Shown here piece by piece: positions 46,141 through 55,976 of a stretch of 64,000 nucleotides of DNA (position 1 is the first letter of the stretch; each line of letters starts with the position of its first letter). This DNA is from a virus. A program made the translations under genes and the position numbers. The notes beneath the pieces were generated by a model. That model was not told the DNA's origin. It made no database searches and was given only the letters and a program-made list of their open reading frames with translations. The stretch covers positions 33,346-97,345 of IMG/VR virus record IMGVR_UViG_3300035661_000023, one strand, 5' to 3'.

Positions 46141-46214
46141 TTTTAGATTCCAACCATCATAATCTTCTGGAGCACAGACCAGAATTGATAGTTTGCATCA
46201 GAACCGTTTCATCA

Positions 46215-46489
46215 TACATTACAACCGAGCGGTGGGGGCAACTAAGATTATCCTTTTAATATGATTGTATATTGACTTGGAAGTATGTAAACACCGTGAA
46301 GAGAAATCCGGTGTACAAATTTTTTAATCGGTACTGTGTTACTGATAAATTTTGTTAATCATACATCTTTTTGATATGGTAGAAAACCAGAAGAATTGTT
46401 TAGAACTGTAAAAACGATGAAAAAAGTGTATATAGATCAATCACTTAGCTGTGTGTTTTTACGGGGATGATGGTATCCCTTACCTTTTT
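46215..46489. repeat. Non-coding element B, inverted partner of element A
   Basis: See element A; contains minus-strand GTTTAC-N17-TACAAT at 46264-46292. Confidence 0.9.
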
Positions 46490-46541
46490 TGCTGAAAAAC
46501 GATAGATCTTGTGTTTTCGTTGGAATATACAAGATCTAACT

Positions 46542-46564
46542 AAAAACCCCTCCGAAGAGGGGTT
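46542..46564 (-). terminator. Rho-independent terminator with UUCG tetraloop
   Basis: CCCCTC-TTCG-GAGGGG-TTTTT on the minus strand. Confidence 0.85.
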
Positions 46565-46568
46565 ATCA

Positions 46569-47069
46569 TCAAAGTTGGTTTCTGATGTATGGAGAAAGTA
46601 TTACCGCTTTAAAGCCAGGTGGTTTAGCAATTTTACCGTTCTCATCTTTCAAAACGATTCGCTGCTTATGTCGGAATGGGAATTTCCAAGACCAAGTAAC
46701 CTGCTCTGGAAATTTCGACAAGTTATTCTCTGCTACAGCATCACAAGCACCAATAATATCACCACCAACTGCGATGCCTTGACCAAGACCGACCACAGCA
46801 ATATCAACAGCTGCATCAAGCGCTTCTACTCGATCCATGCCTGCTACCAAGTGATCCATCTGACCCTTCTTGAAATCATTAGCATACGATTCAAGCGTGT
46901 TCTTTAGGTCATCAAGTTCACGAGCATTGTATGACTCAATAAGTTCAGCAACTTCTTCCAGAATCAAACCTGTGTACATTGCTGCTTTACGCGTATCCAA
47001 AACTTCACATGTTCCTGCTATAGCATTGAACTCTTTTACTTTTTCTACAAAATCCATAATATACCTCAA
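46569..47069 (-). CDS. MazG-like/phosphoribosyl-ATP pyrophosphohydrolase-like protein
   Basis: LILEEVAEL, EALDAAVD, NNLSK and DENGKIAKP. Confidence 0.75.
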   Translation of the reverse strand: MRYIMDFVEKVKEFNAIAGTCEVLDTRKAAMYTGLILEEVAELIESYNARELDDLKNTLESYANDFKKGQMDHLVAGMDRVEALDAAVDIAVVGLGQGIAVGGDIIGACDAVAENNLSKFPEQVTWSWKFPFRHKQRIVLKDENGKIAKPPGFKAVILSPYIRNQL

Positions 47070-47085
47070 ATTTTAAATTGATAAC

Positions 47086-47868
47086 TCAACGTAGTGACCA
47101 ACCCACAGATGCTACCATAGACTTAGACCATTCTGGAATCGTCAGTGGTATCTTAGCACCAAAATACATTCTGCGGTATTTCCCAAAGAATGAAGTTTCA
47201 TATGCAAAAATAGAAACAACAGGCTTCCCATCCAATCCGTTGACAGATCTAATCACCCATGTAGTACGTGCCGGGTTCATTTTCAGATTCCAGCCATCAA
47301 AATCTTCTGGAGCACTGACCCAGAATTGATAGTTTGCATCAGGACCGGTGCCTCTTACAACATCAATTCCCATTCTTTCTGTCAGAGCAGATGCTCTATT
47401 TCTCAGGCCTAACCAAACCCATCTAGCATAGAATGAACGTGGGTGATGCCCCTTCGCCCAATAGCACAGAGAAATTGCATGCTCATCATTCTTGTCTAGA
47501 GAGATTGGAATCAAATCATTATTGTCCCCTCTTTGATCTCCATTGATGGAAGCATCATTGCCCCAAATAGAATCGAAGAATGCCAACTTTTCTGCTTCCC
47601 ACTTTGTGAAGATCAGAATGAAAGGTACCACAATCGGTGACATCAGATCAATAGGGATTGTGATAATAGCATTGAAGGAAGCCGCCCAGAATTGTTTTCG
47701 GGCGGCTTCCTTGATGTAATCCGGTACTGGAGTCTAATTTAGAATTTCCAACACACGGAACGGAAGATGTGCATATACCAACAAACACAGGAATGCAACA
47801 ATAAGAACTACCACTGCAGCACCTGCAACTTGTAGTTCTAGAGGCAGAGAAGATAGAAAATAGAACAT
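47086..47868 (-). CDS. Membrane-anchored phage protein, 260 aa (1 TAG at 47734)
   Basis: WGND.SINGD and RWVWLGLRNRAS; ATG 47868 with AAGGAG SD and TAAATA upstream. Confidence 0.7.
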
Positions 47869-48189
47869 CGGGATTACTCCTTAAAGATCTATTTAACTAT
47901 CACATGTGTTCTATGTACATCTTATGAAGTTTCCACCCCAGCACAACAAGCACAACACCAAGAATGAACAACTAGAAACAAATCAACAATTCAGACATTG
48001 ATTCGATTCAGCTTTTTGGTGATGTGTTCCTAGATCATAGAATCAAACTCACCGGACTCGAATCTTTTTGCATACCACTGAAGTGCTACAAGAAGATTAC
48101 CAAGTTCTTGACATTCATACTTCTAGATATGTTCTGCCAGACTTTCCAGTTTGATTTTAGAAAATAAGGCAGTCTGCTGGATCATCTCT

Positions 48190-48468
48190 TCAGTCGGCAC
48201 TCTCATCGTCATATTCATCCTTGATATCGAATACCTCCGCATATGTATTCTCGAATTGCTCATTGTCTTGTTTCTCTGTATGAAAACGTTGAGCATGATA
48301 AGTCTTACACATCTTGCGCAGAATCTTTTTATCCAATTCGTTGTCCTCTGCAACCTTAGCGATTGCTTCCTTGATGTAGTCTCGCTCTCCTTCCATTCGA
48401 GTCATTGCGCCGGAAACTTCACCAACTAGATCTTTGATTGCTTTCTTTGCGGGTTCAGATAGACTCAT
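48190..48468 (-). CDS. dsbA: T4 DsbA-like dsDNA-binding protein
   Basis: EVSGAMTRMEGERDYIKE...KKILRKMCKTYH. Confidence 0.7.
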   Translation of the reverse strand: MSLSEPAKKAIKDLVGEVSGAMTRMEGERDYIKEAIAKVAEDNELDKKILRKMCKTYHAQRFHTEKQDNEQFENTYAEVFDIKDEYDDESAD

Positions 48469-48732
48469 TATTCTGCTCCCTCGTTCACTTCAATAGTAGT
48501 AAAAATTTCGCCCATTTTGATTTTATTACCGTTTCGATCTTCGAAACTAAAACTTACTTCCGGAAGTTCAGACTCACAGAAAATAGATTCCAATGAGACT
48601 GCCAGATCTGCAGCAATCTCATACCAACCACTATTCCCCAGTCGGACATGTCGCAAGAGTGCAACCACCAACTTTGTCTCATCTTCGTTAAGAACTACAT
48701 TAACTGTAGAAACTTCATGTACTTGTGCCATA

Positions 48733-49008
48733 TTAACCTCCAAAAATTTCCATAGATTTCACACTTTCTGGACGAATAGATCGCCAGCCACATACCTGCA
48801 TATCAAACACTTTTACTGCCGGTGTTTCGTCAGTAATCTCATTATACACCTCATTTGAACCCTTCGGATGATTCTCATTGGGGATTACTTCCAGATTACG
48901 AGTTGCAACCATCTGACGGATAGAACCATCAAGTTTTTCAAATTCAATTTTCATAATATTTTTACTCAGTGTAGTTGCAAGTTCGGTTGCAGTGATGTTG
49001 ATAGTCAT
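48733..49008 (-). CDS. SH3/Sm-like beta-barrel (WYL_2-like) protein
   Basis: FEKLDGSIRQMVAT...VFD...GWRS. Confidence 0.75.
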   Translation of the reverse strand: MTINITATELATTLSKNIMKIEFEKLDGSIRQMVATRNLEVIPNENHPKGSNEVYNEITDETPAVKVFDMQVCGWRSIRPESVKSMEIFGG

Positions 49009-49442
49009 TCTTCTTGATACCTTCCTACTAAAATTCCGTGTTGTGACATATATTCTATGCCAGATGGGTCTTTATACTCTTCCATGTAAACAACTCTTTT
49101 GATACCAGATTGAATCATCAATGCAGCACAGTGTTTACATGGACTAAGTGTAACGTAAACAGTAGATCCAAAGATTGAAACACCTTCCTTAGCTGCTTTG
49201 AGTATGCAATTCAATTCTGCATGTATTGTTTCAATCTTCGTGATGAGGTCAAAATCCTGAGTTTGCTAATTCCAGACTTTGTTTTCACATTCGTTCTAAG
49301 TTCCTGACTAAGTCCCATTATAGCCGGGCAGGATCACACCACTGTTTGTGACAATTACTGCCCCAACCTTCTTGCGAATTGCTTTGGACTTTTCTGCATA
49401 CAATATTGCTGTGTGCATGTGGACTGAATCTAGATTTGCCAT
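49005..49442 (-). CDS. cd: dCMP deaminase, 145 aa (3 TAG)
   Basis: RKKVGAVIV, GYNGT, HAELN, YVTLSPCKHC and IQSGIKRV. Confidence 0.9.
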
Positions 49443-49443
49443 T

Positions 49444-50769
49444 TTACTTCAACTTTGCAAGAGTATCAGCAGTGGTGACATCGCATCGTATATTCTTGAA
49501 GATCGGCAGGAACATAGACCATGTATCACGATGCTTCGACTTAATCAGCGCATTAAACTTGATATCAACCAGCTGACCAACAAATTCTGAAGGATCTTTC
49601 TTTCGGTCATCATCTGTAAGACCGGAACCGCATGATACAGTCAGAAGACCGCATTCAGTAGCAAGTTCCAAAGAACCAATCTGCCCTGGCTTCTTTGCAT
49701 GAGGGATTGTACCAACACACTTCAATGTAGCTTCTTTCTCATCTTTTAGCTTCAGCACTGTCTTTACTCGGTCGCTAGACCACGTGGCTTCAGCCAGTTT
49801 CAACATAGCGCCTTCTTCACCTTCAGTCAGCATACGTTCATAGAATGAAGTTGCTTGTGCCACAGTATGAATGAATTCAGTTTCAACAACAGAAATCCGA
49901 TCATGATCAATATTAGAAACAATCTCTGCCAACTTAGCAAATCGAGTCATGTATGGTGTATCACTCTTACCGGTGAAGAAGTCATCATGTGGAATCAGAT
50001 CCCAGACGACAAAATGCATGGTCTTTGCTTCATCTACTGCAATGGTATTACGCACCATCTTGGTGTACAATCCGTTCCCAGTTTTCCGATCACGGATTTT
50101 ACCAGTAGCTGGATCAACAGACACCAATTCGCCATCAACTACATATCCTGCAAATGCGGACAAGAAGTTGAACACCCCGTGATCCAGCAGAGTACTACCA
50201 TTCCGTGAGTGTAGCGAAATTACTCCATCTTTGGTCACAACAGCTTCACATCGTCCACCATCCATTTTGACTTGTACAATCAACTTTGGTTTTTCACTGA
50301 TAGAAGTTTCTGCTGCGTAGAATGACTTTGCATTCTTTTCATTGAACTTGTCAGCCAACATCACAGGAAATTCTTGAACAGAATTTGGCCATAGATCATT
50401 CACCAGTGATGTAGAAACCTTGCAATCCATATCACGGTTGATCATGCGAATGATGACTCCTGCCTCAGAAGGGTGCAGAGAAGAGATTACTTTCTGTAGA
50501 TAAGTGCGTGCAGCATTGCCTGTGACAATGCGACCGTTCAGCTGTGCCAGAATATCTTCCAACAAATCAACTGTGATCGTGCCGTCACCCAATGGATTAA
50601 TTTCCATATCACTCGCACGAATCCAGTAGTTGAATCGCGGGTGATACGTCATTTTAAACAAGAGCTGAAGAGTTTTGTCTGACTCGTGCTGTTTCAGAAT
50701 TCGCTTCTTGTCATTTGTGAGGTTATGCTCTTTGAGGGTAGCAATAATTTGAGAAATCATCCGAATCAC
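49444..50769 (-). CDS. gp30: ATP-dependent DNA ligase (T4 gp30-like)
   Basis: QVKMDGGR, SRNG, DGEL, WD, EGAMLK, KLK and LPIF. Confidence 0.93.
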   Translation of the reverse strand: MIRMISQIIATLKEHNLTNDKKRILKQHESDKTLQLLFKMTYHPRFNYWIRASDMEINPLGDGTITVDLLEDILAQLNGRIVTGNAARTYLQKVISSLHPSEAGVIIRMINRDMDCKVSTSLVNDLWPNSVQEFPVMLADKFNEKNAKSFYAAETSISEKPKLIVQVKMDGGRCEAVVTKDGVISLHSRNGSTLLDHGVFNFLSAFAGYVVDGELVSVDPATGKIRDRKTGNGLYTKMVRNTIAVDEAKTMHFVVWDLIPHDDFFTGKSDTPYMTRFAKLAEIVSNIDHDRISVVETEFIHTVAQATSFYERMLTEGEEGAMLKLAEATWSSDRVKTVLKLKDEKEATLKCVGTIPHAKKPGQIGSLELATECGLLTVSCGSGLTDDDRKKDPSEFVGQLVDIKFNALIKSKHRDTWSMFLPIFKNIRCDVTTADTLAKLK

Positions 50770-51003
50770 CGTATTGTTTGTATGTGTTTATTATATCACA
50801 GATGTGAATAAAAGCAGAGAAACAATACACATTAAGTACAGTTCAACTGTAGTGCCTTCGATTGCTTGAGAGTTCGTTTAAACTTGCGCTTTGTTACTTG
50901 ATTGCTAGGGTGCAGTAGATACTTGTCACCCATCTTTTCCTTGGCGACAATCAATCGTTGTGCATTGCGTTCACGAAGTTCGAGAATTTCTTGGTCGGTC
51001 ATT

Positions 51004-51296
51004 TTAAATTTTGATTAGTTGGTTAGCTAGGGTTTTAGTTGAAATATCAGAATTCCAGTATTGGAGAATAGTATCTTGATTTGCTGCAATCCAATTCAAT
51101 ACCATATCAAGATCTTTGATCTTCGATTTCATATTTCCGTATACTTTAAAAGACGGAATTGCTATGGAAAAGTATCATCTGCTGTCATCCTTCCGAATTG
51201 ATTAGATACTTTCACTCTACAGCCATGGCTACTCAATTTCGGAGAAAGAAAAACTACTGGATTAAGCCCGGTATCTTCTTTCGTGAAATTAGCCAT
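51004..51296 (-). pseudogene. Conserved small phage protein with a 1-nt frameshift near 51168
   Basis: MANFTKEDTGL...HGCRVKV in one frame and SIAIP...WIAANQDTILQYWN in the -1 frame. Confidence 0.55.
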
Positions 51297-51374
51297 CTCA
51301 TATAGATGAGAATCATTCACGATTGAGTCCAATGATGTATTATAACAAAGAATTGAATAAAAGCTGCGCAGCTT

Positions 51375-51683
51375 TCAGGTATATTCAACTATTTTGATGC
51401 CGGCTAGTTTGATAGCTCTTTCACATACTGGGCATGGCTTGGCGAGTCCGTACTCGCCATTCTGCATGACTCTAGAAACAAAAATCTTATGCGCCTTCTT
51501 AAGATTTTTGCATCGAATGATAGCACTTACTTCCGCATGAAGAAAAGTTTTTTCAGGTCTACCGACCGCGGTACCAAGTTCTTTCATGCGAGTGTGGGTT
51601 TTCACATACGAATTCTTACCAATAGAAAGAATGCGGCCTCTCTTGTCAGAGATAATTGCAGTGATGTTTTGTTGTGAACTCAT
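51375..51683 (-). CDS. Second zinc-dependent cytidine/dCMP deaminase-like protein
   Basis: KTH, LHAEV and AKPCPVC. Confidence 0.8.
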   Translation of the reverse strand: MSSQQNITAIISDKRGRILSIGKNSYVKTHTRMKELGTAVGRPEKTFLHAEVSAIIRCKNLKKAHKIFVSRVMQNGEYGLAKPCPVCERAIKLAGIKIVEYT

Positions 51684-52049
51684 GTTTTCGGTACAAATTC
51701 TTTTTTAAATTCTTCCAGTGTGATCACCTGTATATACTCTTCTTTAAGATCTTTGATATAAGAATAAATTACAGATTCTAGATACCAGTCAGCACCTTCA
51801 TACTCTAGAACACATGAGTAGATACTACCAGAAGTGCCTAAGAAATCCACAGTCTTCTTAGGACAGTTTCCAGTTGTATTGCTAAAGCTATAAGAGATGA
51901 TACTGCTGTTAAGTTTCCACGAGCGACCATAGAGATAACTTCCTGCCCATGCACCTCCTACACGGTAGTGAATATCACCCGTGACTTTGTCCGTGATTCT
52001 CACAAGGCACCACGAGTCAGGTGTATACAATGATGGCATTTTCTTTTCC

Positions 52050-52988
52050 TCAACAAGAAATTGTTTTCACAATTTTCTCAATTATTGACTTGGGTTCTTT
52101 TTGTACCATGTCCATGAACCATTCCTTGGAACGAAGATCTGCCATGAAAGCACCAAGTTCTTTTCCTTCAAGTCCAGTCCAAGTTCGAACTAAATTACCG
52201 TTGAACATTTCCTTCAGTGCCTTATCATCTGTGTACTTTGTTATGAGTTTTTCATACTCATCCTTAACATGAGGGAATTCTCTGAAAATTTGTTCAGTGT
52301 ACATCTTCTTATCTGATGTAAATTTATAGTAATTCTTTGGTGGCAAAGATTCACAATACTTCAAGAACCCAGTGTATGTCGGTCGCTTAGAATCACGCGC
52401 CCTAGCTTTTGCATTCCGATTATCCAGAAGATATATCTCGGGATTGAAGAACTCACTGGAAGCGATAAAGTCATAGATTTCTTCAAGTGTATCGAATCCC
52501 TCTACGTGAGTTTCTGCTTCAAACCCCAGGAAGTTTAGGCATTTGTGAAATTCGGTTGATACAAAAATCTCGCCGATTTTATGATCTCCGTCCCTAACAG
52601 GAAGTGTCATCCCATGCTGCCCGAACTTTAGTCCGAACTTATGGCCAACTCTACCAACGAGATTGCTACAATCGTTGTAGTCCATCCAGTCACAAGTCCA
52701 ATTCGGCACGGCCGAGAAAACAAAATCAACTTGAAATTCCTTGTATTCAAATGACCACACATCAGAATTCTTCACAAGCTGTTTAGACTTGAGAAAATTC
52801 AGAATGAACTTCTCAACCTTCACTCGATCTACACACGAATTCAGAACTATGTCCAAATCACCGTATGAATCTTTGCAGCTGTATGCTTTAACAATATATG
52901 CATAATCATTCATATACGCAGCGAATGCTTCTCTCACTTCATTTTGAATTTTGAAGTATTCGTCGCGCTGATACCTGCGAGTATTCAC
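52050..52988 (-). CDS. Putative Pol-beta-like nucleotidyltransferase
   Basis: KDSYGDLD and FQVDF acidic motifs; R..KRPTY. Confidence 0.6.
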   Translation of the reverse strand: MNTRRYQRDEYFKIQNEVREAFAAYMNDYAYIVKAYSCKDSYGDLDIVLNSCVDRVKVEKFILNFLKSKQLVKNSDVWSFEYKEFQVDFVFSAVPNWTCDWMDYNDCSNLVGRVGHKFGLKFGQHGMTLPVRDGDHKIGEIFVSTEFHKCLNFLGFEAETHVEGFDTLEEIYDFIASSEFFNPEIYLLDNRNAKARARDSKRPTYTGFLKYCESLPPKNYYKFTSDKKMYTEQIFREFPHVKDEYEKLITKYTDDKALKEMFNGNLVRTWTGLEGKELGAFMADLRSKEWFMDMVQKEPKSIIEKIVKTISC

Positions 52989-53346
52989 TGACAGTGCTTT
53001 TCCACCAATTTTGGGTTCCTCTTTTCTGCTTGGAATACTTCCCTAGTCACCACAATGCCACCGTAGATCGACTGGTACAATTCTGCAGTTGCTTTAATGA
53101 AGAATGTTTGAACTTTGCCAGTAGAAGTGATCAGAGTGTAGTTCATATTCATGTTTTGATGATAGAACAATTATAACACAAGAACGAATAAAAGTCAGAG
53201 TGGGAAATTATATATACAGTTGTTCACTAGTGACTAGGTATGTGATTCACAAAACGATAGCGGATCTAATTATTGCAACTAGATCCGCTTCTCTATCATC
53301 ATGCTATGCTTTTTCTCCTAGTGCTATAACGCAGATGTGCCCAGAC

Positions 53347-53628
53347 TTAAAAGAAAGTTGGTTGAGCTATGGATCTGGTCAAGAACATAAGACCTTGTTG
53401 CATGGATACTCTGCCTTCATTTAACCAAGTAAACGGATCAGCCTGATGAAGCCTGGTCATTTCTGAGTCACTAGCTAATGACTCCCTGTCCTGATTTACT
53501 AGGTGAGCTGACAACTCACCAATCAACTTCTCCAGCTCTGGTCCGAATGCCTTAATTCGGTTCATCAGATCAATTTCTTCTTGACTCAGATTACGATAGC
53601 CAGAAATTTTTGTGTGTTGATGATCCAT
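53347..53628 (-). CDS. acb2: Anti-CBASS cyclic-oligonucleotide sponge Acb2 (T4 Vs.4 family)
   Basis: MDHQHTKISGYRNLSQEEIDLMNRIK...MQQGLMFLTRSIAQP closely follows the Acb2 sequence as recalled. Confidence 0.85.
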   Translation of the reverse strand: MDHQHTKISGYRNLSQEEIDLMNRIKAFGPELEKLIGELSAHLVNQDRESLASDSEMTRLHQADPFTWLNEGRVSMQQGLMFLTRSIAQPTFF

Positions 53629-54110
53629 GATTAATACCCCAGACTTGCTAGAGAAACATCTCTGATGAAAATATTCTGCTCTGGAATCTTGGTAACGGTA
53701 GCAGTCCTGGCTTCAATGCGTCCTTCCTGTGGTACATGACATCCCATGTTAACATCCGGAATTTCCCCATGATCGGCTCGGGTATTCTCCCGTGGGTTTG
53801 CAGAACGAACACCAGGTGGATACACAACAAATGGTTTCTGTGATGCCGGTGAATATTCAATCACTTCTTGCAACTGTTTGATCAACTTAACTACTTCAAA
53901 CTTAGATAAGATCAGAGTATCCTCGCCTACTCTGATTTCAATTTTGTTCACAACTTCTATGTTCATAATTCACAGTACTCCATTAACATTTCACTATAAA
54001 GATCCAGCAGTGCAAGATTTGACATCTGCTAGAGTTTCTCTAGGACATAGTCGTAACCAAACAACTTTGTCTCTAGTTCTTGTATTCTAGCTATCACCAG
54101 ATTTCTCACA

Positions 54111-55067
54111 TCACCACTTAGCCTCATTTTCGAACAGTTGACGGAACTGAATCCAACCTTGCAACTTACCAGACCAGAGAGAACAATCCCTTCGCATGTG
54201 AGTAATACCTTGTTCCCATGTGTCAACTGTAGTAGGGATGTTGATGTAATCTTCTGTGGATGTTGCTTGCATTGGGGTTGCTTGATGACAAATAGGAGAA
54301 GCATGCGCAGGCTTGTTCTCCGATTCCAAATTCAACATGTCAAACACCTTCTCTGCTTGTTCAATAGAGTCATTCAACTTACGATATGACACCTGCGCGC
54401 AGCAAGAAGCAGAAATCTTCTTTGCAATGTCCAGTGGCACTTCTATATCGCCTGAGAAGTAGCTTCCGTCGATAAAATCAACGTATGGTAAATGCCACTC
54501 TCCTGGCATCAATTTATCAGGGACAGATTGTTCTCGTGCTTCAAACATGCAACGTGCCAATTCTTGGAACTCAGGTTGTGCATCTGGGTGATTGCGAAGC
54601 CAGAAGAAATTTTCCCACTCTGTACCAGACATGACGGTTTTCATGAACTGAAATGGCTCTGTCATGCGATTTGCGATTTGCTTATGAGCATTGATACCTT
54701 CTTTTGATCCCATAACGCGAGCAAATGACACTGCCTCCTTACTAGCAGCAACCCAGATACTTTTTGCCATCGATTCTTTAAAGTTGTCAAGTAACTTTTT
54801 TGACACCATGCCGGGATTATTTTCACCCCATTCAATCGGCATTGCCGGTGATTCTTCGATCATCTTAAGCATTGATTCGACTGGAATTGCCCGACTCGAT
54901 GCTGCATTCTTTTCTAGCATGCAGTGTGTCATTACCTCAGAATGGAAAAATCTTGGATATTCTAGTTCGTATGTGATGAATCGATTACCTCGATTGTTAA
55001 CACTGTCCTTGATAATAGTGGCTTTAATACCACCCCTTCCTTGAACTTTAATCATCATTTTCCTCAT
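54111..55067 (-). CDS. thyX: Flavin-dependent thymidylate synthase (ThyX/Thy1)
   Basis: YPRFFHSEVMTH, NAASSRAIP, HKQIANR, W.NFF.LR.H.DAQPE and HASP. Confidence 0.88.
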   Translation of the reverse strand: MRKMMIKVQGRGGIKATIIKDSVNNRGNRFITYELEYPRFFHSEVMTHCMLEKNAASSRAIPVESMLKMIEESPAMPIEWGENNPGMVSKKLLDNFKESMAKSIWVAASKEAVSFARVMGSKEGINAHKQIANRMTEPFQFMKTVMSGTEWENFFWLRNHPDAQPEFQELARCMFEAREQSVPDKLMPGEWHLPYVDFIDGSYFSGDIEVPLDIAKKISASCCAQVSYRKLNDSIEQAEKVFDMLNLESENKPAHASPICHQATPMQATSTEDYINIPTTVDTWEQGITHMRRDCSLWSGKLQGWIQFRQLFENEAKW

Positions 55068-55798
55068 GTGTAATTAATTCTGTTGGCTTCAAAAGTAGAG
55101 TAGTCTATTCTATAGAAGAATCCGATATTCGCTTTGATAATCCTATCTTCGGTCACTACTGTTCTCACTGCACCACCACAATAAACTAGTAGAATAGTAG
55201 ACATGGGATCTGTGGGCTAGTATATCTTGTCAAATTCTGAAAATACAATAAGACTCTCTTGTTGAGAAATATACCCAAGAGAATTTGCATATTTTCTACC
55301 AAGTTCCTATGATAGATATCTTTTCATACTCACAGGAACTACACTCTCATTAACAAACAATCTCCTGTCAGTGTTTATCTTATAAGAACCACCAGTACTA
55401 TTATACACATCGAAGTTTCTATTTGTTAGATAAGAACTATTTGTCACAACAAGATCGGAAACATAGAATGTATTTTTAAATTCCGTCTCCTACATCAAGT
55501 TCGGTTCTGGGAGTTGGTACACAAATTTATTATCTGCGAACTCCTACCAGACATCTACAATATTACTATCACCGGTGCTATATTTTAGCCGTAATTGCCA
55601 TGGCACAGAATTAGCACTAGAAAAAGGTGATGTGTACATGTCACAAGTCAAGTACTCTATTGATTTCGTACCGTTGCTGTAATAGGAAGAAATCTAGTAA
55701 CTACCTTTTTTCTACTCTAGAACCTGATTGATGTACTGTAGTTTTTTCTACTCATATCCATCTTCTGATGAATTTACTGAAATTGAAATTAAGCTCAT
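55064..55798 (-). CDS. Hypothetical protein, 244 aa (7 TAG)
   Basis: 735-nt frame with no TAA/TGA; ATGA-coupled at both ends; invisible to the ORF track. Confidence 0.7.
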
Positions 55799-55976
55799 GA
55801 TACGAATGTGTATTTGAATGAAGTTCTTTGGGAACACATAGTCATATCGTGTTCATGGATTTCTGTGATCTAGCATTGTTCTCCAGATTCTACTTTCTGC
55901 CGAAAGATATTGTCCAGATAATCTTTGCTTTCTGTGAAATCTACATCATGTGAATTTATTTCATATGTAATCATTC

